Assembly (NCBI GenBank): GCA_963655075.1
Contig: CAVKDW010000001.1
Location: 7,862-71,861 of the forward strand
From: Muribaculaceae bacterium
Lineage (GTDB): Bacteria > Bacteroidota > Bacteroidia > Bacteroidales > Paludibacteraceae
Length of the DNA: 64,000 bases
Direction: 5' to 3'
This document shows, piece by piece, positions 38,140-46,620 of this stretch. Position 1 is the stretch's first letter. Each line of letters begins with the position of its first letter. The position numbers were made by a program, and so were the translations under genes. Under the pieces are notes generated by a model. The model did not search any database and was not told the DNA's origin. It saw only the letters and a list, made by a program, of their open reading frames with translations.

Positions 38140-38718
38140 TCAAAGCAGGAAAATACATAACAAGGGTATGATTATCCCTATCAAAAACTCCACACCACCA
38201 ATGCCACATAAACCATGCCGTCCTTTCAACATTACCAACCCCGACAACACAACGACAACCATCGCTCCCGCAAAGATATCCGAGAAATAGGTCCATACCT
38301 TACCGGGATTGTAATGCAGTTTACTCAGACTACCCAAGATAGGACGCTTGCGCACCTGCTCCAAAACGCCGTGACCGGTGGACAAATCAACAACCAAACT
38401 GCTATTCCCCTTCAGAAAGACTTTCAGAGTGGTGTTATCTGGGAAATAATGCTGTATCTCCTGACCACCAACACCACACTGCGTCAACCATTCATCCACT
38501 ACTCCCTGCACCACCGCTTCCCGATATGTTGGCACCAACTGGTACTCCGTACGAGTAATAGAATACTGACTGTTAAACGAATCCTTATGGTTAAGTGCTA
38601 TACCACTCACAGCATATACCAACAACATACCCGCAAACACATAACTCAACTCCCTATGTACCACCCTGCAGTATTTACGGAAACGCGTACCTATCGACAT
38701 CTTCGTCTTCTCAGACAT
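38140..38718 (-). CDS. PepSY-associated transmembrane (PepSY_TM) protein
   Basis: 192 aa. N-terminal VHRELSYVFAGMLLVYAVSGIALNH helix, LHYNPGK, and C-terminal helices. This layout matches PepSY_TM proteins often linked to TonB-dependent metal or siderophore uptake. Confidence 0.7.
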   Translation of the reverse strand: MSEKTKMSIGTRFRKYCRVVHRELSYVFAGMLLVYAVSGIALNHKDSFNSQYSITRTEYQLVPTYREAVVQGVVDEWLTQCGVGGQEIQHYFPDNTTLKVFLKGNSSLVVDLSTGHGVLEQVRKRPILGSLSKLHYNPGKVWTYFSDIFAGAMVVVVLSGLVMLKGRHGLCGIGGVEFLIGIIIPLLCIFLL

Positions 38719-38729
38719 AGCATATCGTG

Positions 38730-39215
38730 TTATTCAGTGACTATGACATAGGATATAGCCTCAGCATAATACCCCTTGATAGCCGCTTTCTCAGTCTCAC
38801 AGCCCTGACCGGCAGTACCATGCTGCTCACCCGGATTATCCATTATTGGCTGCTGATACTCAAAACTGTGTAACACTCCCTTCACACGAACCACGTTATT
38901 GATACAAGCCGCATCAAAGTTACCCATCTTCGCACCCTCTACACGAAGGATACGAGGCTTAACAACCATGGCCGTGTCCGTGTAAGTAGTATCCATAGCA
39001 GAACCCATCAAGAAAGCCTTACGACCACCATGCTTGCAGAGATGAGTACATACTCCCTCAAAAGTGATTGTATCACCCAACAAAGTCTCTGCCTGAGTAT
39101 AAACTTCATCTATCGTATAGATAACCTCATCCTGAGCAGCACTCTTCGTACATGCAGAAAAACATAGAATAACGACAACAATCGCCAATACAGGAACGAA
39201 TAAATTCTTTTTCAT
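38730..39215 (-). CDS. lipoprotein of unknown function with CxxxC motif
   Basis: 161 aa. Lipobox FSAC, and GVCTHLCKHGG. I recognise no family. Confidence 0.55.
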   Translation of the reverse strand: MKKNLFVPVLAIVVVILCFSACTKSAAQDEVIYTIDEVYTQAETLLGDTITFEGVCTHLCKHGGRKAFLMGSAMDTTYTDTAMVVKPRILRVEGAKMGNFDAACINNVVRVKGVLHSFEYQQPIMDNPGEQHGTAGQGCETEKAAIKGYYAEAISYVIVTE

Positions 39216-39243
39216 AACACTGTCACTTAATTATTTCGACATA

Positions 39244-39251
39244 CAAAAGTA
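39244..39251 (-). promoter_or_regulatory. internal -7 promoter box upstream of the lipoprotein/PepSY_TM genes
   Basis: CAAAAGTA within CAAAAGTAGTACTTTTT. It lies 28 nt upstream of the ATG at 39215. Confidence 0.5.
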
Positions 39252-39314
39252 GTACTTTTTTCACCATCAAGCAAGTAAACAACGAAAAACACCTACTTTT
39301 AGGCATATCACCAC

Positions 39315-39698
39315 TCACTTACTCTCATACGGATGTTCCACTCCCTCGTGCTGATGTTCACCTTCGCCGTGCAACTGCCCCTCTCCTTCATGCGAGTGCA
39401 TTGGCTCTATAGGATGAGTCGTCGCTGGCTTACCTATCTTGGCAAAAGCCTTTTGCAATGTAACAACATCCGTCTTATTCGCATCGTAAGTCACAGTCAC
39501 TGTCTTGGACTGCAGATCACACACAATATCTTTCACACCCTTCTCAAAGGCTATATTCTTCATTATCTTGTCACAACAACCCTGACAATGAAGATCACAA
39601 TACAAAACAACCACCTGCTTATCCACTTTAGCAGAGACGGTCGATACACAAAAAGTAACAGGCACAAGAGCCAACAGCAAAATCATTAAACGTTTCAT
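39315..39698 (-). CDS. periplasmic heavy-metal-associated (HMA) domain protein with His/Glu-rich tail
   Basis: 127 aa. Signal peptide, HMA-like fold with CxxC (LHCQGCCDKIMKN), and the C-terminal tail HPIEPMHSHEGEGQLHGEGEHQHEGVEHP. Confidence 0.8.
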   Translation of the reverse strand: MKRLMILLLALVPVTFCVSTVSAKVDKQVVVLYCDLHCQGCCDKIMKNIAFEKGVKDIVCDLQSKTVTVTYDANKTDVVTLQKAFAKIGKPATTHPIEPMHSHEGEGQLHGEGEHQHEGVEHPYESK

Positions 39699-39733
39699 AT
39701 ACTATCAATGGTTATATTATTTATACCTTTCAT

Positions 39734-42085
39734 TTATTCGTCAGGACGATCAAGAGCCCAACGAAAACCTAAATACATCTTCCAACCATGCACAGGACCC
39801 CATACCATAGACGCATCATAGGTAGCCGACGTAACATCTACATAGGAACTATTAGGCATCTTATCACCCACAATAGGAGAATCCTGACGAAAATTGGTCA
39901 TGTTCTCTGCACCCAAATATACCGAACAGGTACGGAAATACTTCGTGACTTGAGCCAACAACTGAGGATACCAACGATGATACACCATCCCATGACGAGT
40001 CATATACTGCTGACTCTCCTCCGGAACAACAAAACCATCAGGCATACGACCATAACCGTTAAACTGTGCCGTCACATCAAACTGCCACGTCTTAAGTGGC
40101 GTCTGATAACTCGTCGTGATAACACCCTTGAACTTGTTCTGTAAAGGTTTATCACGTAACTCGTATGCGTTAATAGCCGTATTAAACGATGTCTGCTTGA
40201 CATCCGTATAACGAAACGCTGCCGTCAATGTCCAGCCACGCAAAATCTCCATGTTAGCCTCCAACTGCCAGTTATGAGCATACGACTGAGCACCCGGCAC
40301 ATCATGCAGGTTATACAACGTCACCCTGTGCAGATCCGCATCCATATCAACAATCACACCATCTAAGAAACGTGTATAATAGTACTCTCCGGATAACTGT
40401 AACTCCCTCTCTCCTATCGGGATATAAAAAGTCGTCGTAACACCCGCATTCATCGTACGCTCCTGAGCCAACTGCTCACTCGAAAAGGTATATACACGAC
40501 TACTCGGCAAGAAAGAGGCATTATCCGCTATTGCATTCGGTGAACGATAACCTAAACCCACAGAACCACGTAACGTCCACCATACAAAAGGTGCATAACG
40601 GATATTCATACGGGGAGTGGTGAAGAAACCATAACGGGAAGAGTAATCATCGCGAAGACCCACCAACAACGTGACCTTATCCTTGTACGTATAGGTGTAC
40701 TCGGCAAAAACACCCGGCGTAGTTTCCATACGACTCAAATCATACATATCCACTTGAGGAGTATTCACCCAACGCAAAGTTATCGGCGCATGTAGGACCT
40801 CATCGTACTTGTCAAAATTAACACTCAGACCTGCCGATAACTTATGCTCATGATAATCATACACATCGGTCGCGTCATCATCAAACGTAGTCTGGAAGAT
40901 ACCATTCAAATAAGCATTCGTCTGACCCGCATTCCATGCACGCGTACCATACACATTGTCCTGACTGTGATACGAAGCGGCAGTAATCACACCTATGGAC
41001 ATCCCGCTCTCCTTATCAAACACATAACCATTCTTCATGAAGCCATCTATACGACGGGTACGCAAGTCAATGCGATACGGATCACTGATCGACTCATGAC
41101 CATGCATCGGCTTGGTTATCTGACCACCTATACGCTGATCATACAAAGCACGCACTAATATCTGACCCGTATAATCACCCGACTTGATATACCAACGGTT
41201 CAGCACATTCATATTATGATTCTTGGGCATATCCAGGAAACCATCATGGTTATCATCCATCTCCAAAGATGCATCATGCACGTGAAACAACACACCCGTG
41301 GACACCTTATCATTGATATCCCAACCACCCGTAGCATTAACCTCTGCATGCAACTCCGTGTTCAACATCGCATTCACCGATATGGGACTTGACGTCTGAG
41401 GCTTCAAGTACTCCACGTTGATCTGTCCCGTAATAGCCTCGTAACCATTGATGACCGAAGAAGTACCTTTACTCACCTGAATAGATGACATCCAAGGACC
41501 GGGTATATACTCCAACCCGAAAGACTGAGCCAAACCGCGTACATTAGGTGTGTTCTCCGTCAACAACTGCACATAGGTGCCACTCAGACCCAACATACGT
41601 ATCTGCTTGGCACCTGTGGCCGCATCCGAATAGGCAACATCTACCGAAGCACTCGTCTCAAAACTCTCAGACAAGTTACAACAGGCAGCCTTGCACAACT
41701 CATCACCCGTCAGCGTCTGAACATCCAAAACCGAAGCACGGGAACGCAACACGGCCATCTTACGCTCCGTGATGCTTATCTCATCCAACGACAAGTCACT
41801 GACAAGAACTATCGTCAACATCTTCTGACCCGACACCTCTGTCGTATCGTTGCGGAAACCCATGAAACTGCTCACTAACAAGCGGGTAGAATGAACCGGC
41901 TCCAACTCGAAAGTACCATCAACAGACGTAGCAACACCATGGGTAGTACCGGCCCAATAGACATTGGCACCTACCAAAGGCTCACCACTGTCATCCAACA
42001 CTATACCGGACACATGAGCATCAACCAACACACAGGGCAAAACGACACACATGACCGCAAAAACATACTTATATAGACTATTCAT
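39734..42085 (-). CDS. TonB-dependent outer-membrane receptor with carboxypeptidase-regulatory-like N-domain
   Basis: 783 aa. N-domain SGIVLDDSGEPLVGANVYWAGTTHGVATSVDGTFELE, plug and barrel. The C-terminus is ...YLGFRWALDRPDE. Confidence 0.85.
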   Translation of the reverse strand: MNSLYKYVFAVMCVVLPCVLVDAHVSGIVLDDSGEPLVGANVYWAGTTHGVATSVDGTFELEPVHSTRLLVSSFMGFRNDTTEVSGQKMLTIVLVSDLSLDEISITERKMAVLRSRASVLDVQTLTGDELCKAACCNLSESFETSASVDVAYSDAATGAKQIRMLGLSGTYVQLLTENTPNVRGLAQSFGLEYIPGPWMSSIQVSKGTSSVINGYEAITGQINVEYLKPQTSSPISVNAMLNTELHAEVNATGGWDINDKVSTGVLFHVHDASLEMDDNHDGFLDMPKNHNMNVLNRWYIKSGDYTGQILVRALYDQRIGGQITKPMHGHESISDPYRIDLRTRRIDGFMKNGYVFDKESGMSIGVITAASYHSQDNVYGTRAWNAGQTNAYLNGIFQTTFDDDATDVYDYHEHKLSAGLSVNFDKYDEVLHAPITLRWVNTPQVDMYDLSRMETTPGVFAEYTYTYKDKVTLLVGLRDDYSSRYGFFTTPRMNIRYAPFVWWTLRGSVGLGYRSPNAIADNASFLPSSRVYTFSSEQLAQERTMNAGVTTTFYIPIGERELQLSGEYYYTRFLDGVIVDMDADLHRVTLYNLHDVPGAQSYAHNWQLEANMEILRGWTLTAAFRYTDVKQTSFNTAINAYELRDKPLQNKFKGVITTSYQTPLKTWQFDVTAQFNGYGRMPDGFVVPEESQQYMTRHGMVYHRWYPQLLAQVTKYFRTCSVYLGAENMTNFRQDSPIVGDKMPNSSYVDVTSATYDASMVWGPVHGWKMYLGFRWALDRPDE

Positions 42086-42190
42086 TATTCTTATATTTAA
42101 TTAAACAGATAGGTAACAACACCTCATCAGGCTCCACACCCGATGAAAAAAATCTACGGTAGCATCATCGCGCTACACACTAACCTATCT

Positions 42191-42625
42191 CTAAATCAAC
42201 CAAGAACAATGTTGAATAGACACACCACGCCCGGACAACGGCGCAGGGATATGAGAATATAGACTATAGAACTTTGTGGAACTCTCTAATAACGACTGTA
42301 ACAACCTACCCTCACAGGCAAGCAAAAACTCCTCTACCACAACTTGCACAGAAGGGATATGTATAGAATGACTTATCCCCCCCTCACTGATATGCAATCG
42401 AATAAAAGCACATGTACCCCTATGACCACAACAATCTGACTGACCACATGAGTGACACCCATGCTCGTGATGATGCACCGCCTCACACGACTCTTCTAAC
42501 ACACGACTAATACCTGCATCGCGGCAATCGGCACAACAATAGTGTACATAGTTCACACCCGAACCTGCCCAAACAAAACACAAGGCAAGAACAATCGCCA
42601 TACTATGCAAACACCTACTCTTCAT
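42191..42625 (-). CDS. small Cys/His-rich membrane-anchored protein (possibly the family annotated HYC_CC_PP; name from memory)
   Basis: Signal/anchor MKSRCLHSMAIVLALCFVWA, then VHYCCADC...HHHEHGCHSCGQSDCCGH. I chose the ATG at 42625 because the ORF-track start at 42637 is a TTG overlapping the -7 box. Confidence 0.6.
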   Translation of the reverse strand: MKSRCLHSMAIVLALCFVWAGSGVNYVHYCCADCRDAGISRVLEESCEAVHHHEHGCHSCGQSDCCGHRGTCAFIRLHISEGGISHSIHIPSVQVVVEEFLLACEGRLLQSLLESSTKFYSLYSHIPAPLSGRGVSIQHCSWLI

Positions 42626-42634
42626 TTTCAGGCG

Positions 42635-42642
42635 CAAAGGTA
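42635..42642 (-). promoter_or_regulatory. -7 promoter box for the metal-locus operon
   Basis: CAAAGGTA, only 9 nt upstream of the ATG at 42625 (very short leader). Confidence 0.55.
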
Positions 42643-42776
42643 CTGCATCGGATTGACATACACAACCCCTAAAAGCAGTTATTCATCGATCCTTATATAG
42701 AGAGACATGCCTAAACATGGGGAGAGACTACCCTGTATATCCGCAAAAACGCTTTGCATATATGGCACAAATGCTG

Positions 42777-42784
42777 TACCTTTG
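42777..42784 (+). promoter_or_regulatory. -7 promoter box for tcdA
   Basis: TACCTTTG, 22 nt upstream of the ATG at 42807. Confidence 0.6.
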
Positions 42785-42806
42785 CAGAGATAAATAACTA
42801 CTTGAA

Positions 42807-43607
42807 ATGGAATATACCTCCAAAGACATACTCCGCCGTAGCGAACTGCTGATGGGCGACAGTGTCATGCGGGACATCGCGACACAACGTGTTATCATCT
42901 TCGGAGTGGGTGGCGTTGGCTCATGGTGCGCAGAAGCATTGATACGATCAGGTATCATGCACCTGACCATAGTGGATTTCGATCGGGTATGCATAACCAA
43001 TATCAACCGCCAACTGATGGCTACCACACTCACTATAGGACAAGCCAAAACAACGGTCTTACGAGAACGACTCCTGTCTATCAACCCCCATGCTGAGATA
43101 ACAGCCATACAAGGCATATATTCGGCAGAGACAAGAGATGACTACAACCTGTCACAGTACAATGTCATCATCGATGCCATCGACTCACTCAAAGACAAAG
43201 CAGACCTCATACGAACAGCCACACGTATCAAACATGTCACGTTCGTCTCTTCTATGGGGGCAGCACGAAAAATGGACCCTGCCCGCATACACACGGCTGA
43301 GTTCTGGTCGGTCAACGGAGACCCTCTGGCAAGAGCATTACGACAACGATTCAAAAAAGAGAAACAGTACCCCGCACACAAGTTCCAATGCGTATATAGT
43401 GACGAACTGCTACCTAACCGGGAAGCCGGCTATACTCACACTGCCGGACAACAAAAAGCCCCTAACGGAACCGTAGTGCATATAACGGCTATCTTCGGAT
43501 TTACGCTTGCAGGATTAGTGATACAGGAACTCTACAAAAAAGGAGGCAAACAAGCCTCTTCTAACCGACAAGACACTACCACCCTAACTCATACGCCAAT
43601 TGAATGA
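42807..43607 (+). CDS. tcdA: tRNA threonylcarbamoyladenosine dehydratase (ThiF/HesA family, TcdA/CsdL-like)
   Basis: IIFGVGGVGSW nucleotide-binding loop, VDFDRVCITNINRQ, and IDAIDS. 266 aa. Confidence 0.8.
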   Translation: MEYTSKDILRRSELLMGDSVMRDIATQRVIIFGVGGVGSWCAEALIRSGIMHLTIVDFDRVCITNINRQLMATTLTIGQAKTTVLRERLLSINPHAEITAIQGIYSAETRDDYNLSQYNVIIDAIDSLKDKADLIRTATRIKHVTFVSSMGAARKMDPARIHTAEFWSVNGDPLARALRQRFKKEKQYPAHKFQCVYSDELLPNREAGYTHTAGQQKAPNGTVVHITAIFGFTLAGLVIQELYKKGGKQASSNRQDTTTLTHTPIE

Positions 43608-44454
43608 TATGAGTACTCGAATAAGTATGCTTTAGTGCTATGACAGTATTATCAGCAGACATGAGCAACATCTCGTCCAACAAAGACAAGGTCGCTCTAC
43701 GCTGGTAATCCCATTGATAACGGTATGACAACACCAAGGCATGCCTATCGTTTATCTTCCATTTCAGCCCCAACTCCGCACGTGCAGAAGTCAGGTATTG
43801 ATGAAAAGACCTGCCAGGCAAACAACGATTCAAATACTCAGTAGGCTGATTCAATGTCGTGTGAACTTCAGCCTTTGATTTCAGACTCAATGGACTACCG
43901 GCAAAAGCGTAATCCGCTTGCAAAGTATGACGCAACAACAGATCAGCACGATTCTGTACCGGCGGATCCACCTCATCCATACGGCAATCTATATCCAACT
44001 GCTCGACAATAGAGAAACTCCAACGACGATAATCATAATGCCCCGCCACCGCAACCACAACCCGATGACGGATATAGTCACGGGGATATTGATACCCCTC
44101 ATCACCTAATATCCGAAAAACATAACCGGCCTTCAAAGAGAAATACTCTATCGGACAATAACCCATCTCTATATCCGTATAAAGACGTCGGATATAAGGA
44201 GAGACAGACTGAGCAGTACCCGCCTCAGACGCAGAGTGCGTATGTTGCAACATACGAGCACGGACATCTTGACGCAAAGCAACAGAAAAACCATAAGGCA
44301 ACTGCTTCGTAAATAACGCACGTACACGCAACTCCATATTCTGTTGTTCCAACACAGACTCATCAAGCAGCGACTGAGCCGACACAGGAACGACCCTCAA
44401 CCACACCACCAAGACAACAGAAACGAAGAAAAATATCCTTTTTACATCTCCCAC
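43576..44454 (-). CDS. putative outer-membrane beta-barrel protein (function unknown)
   Basis: Signal peptide ending VSAQS, alternating beta pattern, and a C-terminal ...LAYELGW (aromatic terminus). The start codon is GTG just 4 nt after a -7 box. The 3' end overlaps tcdA by 32 nt. Confidence 0.5.
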   Translation of the reverse strand: MGDVKRIFFFVSVVLVVWLRVVPVSAQSLLDESVLEQQNMELRVRALFTKQLPYGFSVALRQDVRARMLQHTHSASEAGTAQSVSPYIRRLYTDIEMGYCPIEYFSLKAGYVFRILGDEGYQYPRDYIRHRVVVAVAGHYDYRRWSFSIVEQLDIDCRMDEVDPPVQNRADLLLRHTLQADYAFAGSPLSLKSKAEVHTTLNQPTEYLNRCLPGRSFHQYLTSARAELGLKWKINDRHALVLSYRYQWDYQRRATLSLLDEMLLMSADNTVIALKHTYSSTHIIQLAYELGW

Positions 44455-44458
44455 ACCG

Positions 44459-44466
44459 CAAAAGTA
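44459..44466 (-). promoter_or_regulatory. -7 promoter box immediately upstream of the 43576-44454 ORF
   Basis: CAAAAGTA, 4 nt from the GTG at 44454 (implies a leaderless or near-leaderless mRNA). Confidence 0.4.
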
Positions 44467-44580
44467 GTAAATTTATACGACACAGCCAAACTAACTAACT
44501 CATAATTCTTAATTACCCACCACCAACTCTCCACCCTAAACTGCACTAAACTCTCAACACTCAACTTGATTCAACTACTC

Positions 44581-44612
44581 ATAAACTGATAAACTCATAA
44601 ACTAATAAACTA
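44581..44612. repeat. 8-bp tandem repeat x4 (ATAAACTN)
   Basis: ATAAACTG ATAAACTC ATAAACTA ATAAACTA. Two more TAAACT copies lie at about 44537-44552. Confidence 0.85.
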
Positions 44613-44650
44613 TAAAAATGGGGGGTATTGCTTATATCAAATAAAAGAAC

Positions 44651-44658
44651 TACCTTTG
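44651..44658 (+). promoter_or_regulatory. -7 promoter box for the 44789 lipoprotein gene
   Basis: TACCTTTG followed by CAGCG. It lies 130 nt upstream of the ATG (long 5' UTR). Confidence 0.55.
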
Positions 44659-44788
44659 CAGCGTAATTTATCGTAAGTTATATTAAACGCGACCTAATTT
44701 ATCTATGCTCACCTTTGGTAAATCAGTCTTATCATAGGTAACAGAAAGATAACAGAATCTAATATTAATCATTTAATCATTCAGTCAA

Positions 44789-46486
44789 ATGAAGAAGAAC
44801 GTATTTATCATGTCTGCATTAGCGCTGTCTGCGCTTGTTGCGACATCGTGCACGAAGCCAAACGAGGAAGTGCAAGTAGGTGGTGAGGCTACCGTAGTCT
44901 TAACTGCTCAGTTACCCAATGACCTTCAGAACCGTGCTAACGGTCCCCGCCGTGCTGCGGCTAAGTATGGCGACGGCAAGACCGCTACCACGCTTGACTA
45001 CGCAGTGTATCAGGTAACCGATAACGCAGGCATAAAGACCTACACCCTTATGCCAACTCTCGGCAAGACCGACGAGCCTATCAACCTCAGCACCACGGTT
45101 AAGTTACAACTCGTCAATGGTAACACCTATGCTGTCGTTTTCTGGGCAGACGCTCCAACGTCTATCTACACTTTCACAGCAGGTGCCAACGCAGCTACTG
45201 TAACAGCCGACTACACCAATGCGGCTGCTAACGTAGAGGCATACGATGCTTTCTATGCAATGAAAGAGTTCACCTTGAACGGTGCTCTGCAAGAGACTAT
45301 CGACCTGAAACGTCCGTTTGCACAACTCAATATCGGTACGGCTGACTTGGCTGCGTCGAAAGCTGCCGGTGTCGAGGTTACGCAAGCAGGTATCAAGGTG
45401 AAGACCTACAACACCCTCGACCTAATCGGTGGTGATGTGTCGGGCGAGAATGAGGTTACTTTCGCACTGGCTGCTCTGCCAACTGGCGAGACCTTCCCTG
45501 TGACGGGCTACGACTATCTCACGATGAACTACCTGCTGATGCCGGTGGCTAAGAAAGCCGACAATACCGTCACTATCTCGTACGACAATACCGCTGCCGG
45601 CACACGCACCTTCAACAACGTACCTCTGCAACGCAACTACCGCACGAATATCTATGGCAACCTGCTGACTAACTCCGCTGAGTTCAACATAATCATCAAA
45701 CCTGAGTTTGATGGTGAAAAGAATATAGAAGTTTGGGATGGCACGACTGTCACAGAGCCTGCGTTAGTAGGTGATGCATATATTGTCACAAAGGCTGCCG
45801 AATGGGCTTGGTTGACAGGTAAGACTATCACAAAGAACATCACACTGACCAACGATATCGATTTCGGTGGCTATTCAATAAAACCAATTTGCCCGCGCGG
45901 AATCACGTTCGAGGATAATAACCATATCTTGTCGAATATGACCATTGTTGGAAACAGAACGGATAACTATTCGGTTGGTCTGTTCTACGGAACGGCTATG
46001 GTAGGCGCAACACTGAAGAATTTCACAGTGAAGGATGCAAAAGTAGTTAGCACGAATGTAAATAATGGTTATGCGGGTATCGTGCTTGGTGATGCACAAG
46101 GTTCGCAGCCTGTAAACATTGAGAATGTACATGTACTCAATAGCGAAGTGAGCGGTGTACAATCTGTTGGCGGTATTGTTGGTTTCTCGTCAGGCAGTGT
46201 GACATTGAACATATCGAACTGCTCGGTAAAGAGTACAAAGATTACAAACCTCTCAGTTGTAAACGAATCCGGTTTTGTGGCAAGCATCGTAGGTCGCGTT
46301 GTTGGAACAGCCAATCTGTCGGACTGCGTTTTGGATGACATCACTATTGATGCTTACTACGCTGCTCGACGCGGCGAGACTTCGATTGATAAGGTGGCTG
46401 CTGTTAATAGTACAAGCAGTGTACTTACGAAATCGAACATAACCGGCGAAGAAAATGTCACTGTCACTAAGACGGCTATTGAGTAA
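44789..46486 (+). CDS. surface lipoprotein: fimbrillin-like N-terminal region plus C-terminal GLUG-like/beta-helix repeat region
   Basis: 565 aa. Lipobox VATSC. The N-half is Ala/Thr-rich with LKRPFAQLNIG and RNYRTNIYGNLL. The C-half has repeated GG(I/L)VG-type units (VGGIVGFSSGS, GFVASIVGRVVG). Confidence 0.6.
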   Translation: MKKNVFIMSALALSALVATSCTKPNEEVQVGGEATVVLTAQLPNDLQNRANGPRRAAAKYGDGKTATTLDYAVYQVTDNAGIKTYTLMPTLGKTDEPINLSTTVKLQLVNGNTYAVVFWADAPTSIYTFTAGANAATVTADYTNAAANVEAYDAFYAMKEFTLNGALQETIDLKRPFAQLNIGTADLAASKAAGVEVTQAGIKVKTYNTLDLIGGDVSGENEVTFALAALPTGETFPVTGYDYLTMNYLLMPVAKKADNTVTISYDNTAAGTRTFNNVPLQRNYRTNIYGNLLTNSAEFNIIIKPEFDGEKNIEVWDGTTVTEPALVGDAYIVTKAAEWAWLTGKTITKNITLTNDIDFGGYSIKPICPRGITFEDNNHILSNMTIVGNRTDNYSVGLFYGTAMVGATLKNFTVKDAKVVSTNVNNGYAGIVLGDAQGSQPVNIENVHVLNSEVSGVQSVGGIVGFSSGSVTLNISNCSVKSTKITNLSVVNESGFVASIVGRVVGTANLSDCVLDDITIDAYYAARRGETSIDKVAAVNSTSSVLTKSNITGEENVTVTKTAIE

Positions 46487-46526
46487 CACGTAAATAGCAA
46501 AGAGAATAATAATAACAAAAACAAAA

Positions 46527-46566
46527 AGCGACCGTCTGACAATCGTTAGGCGGTCGCTTATTTATC
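46527..46566 (+). terminator. rho-independent terminator
   Basis: AGCGACCGTCTGAC-aatc-GTTAGGCGGTCGCT followed by TATTTATCTT. Confidence 0.65.
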
Positions 46567-46589
46567 TTGTACATATAAGAAGTTTACCG

Positions 46590-46597
46590 TACCTTTG
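46590..46597 (+). promoter_or_regulatory. -7 promoter box for the alkaline phosphatase gene
   Basis: TACCTTTG, 23 nt upstream of the ATG at 46621. Confidence 0.6.
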
Positions 46598-46620
46598 CAA
46601 ACAATTTAACTCAACGAATC

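Noticed and set aside
27408-46566. The tRNA-adjacent envelope-gene region considered as an integrated mobile or genomic island
   Set aside because: I found no integrase, transposase, direct repeat of a tRNA 3' end or conjugation genes. Except for the 44789 gene, codon-3 composition matches the local strand pattern, which argues for long residence.
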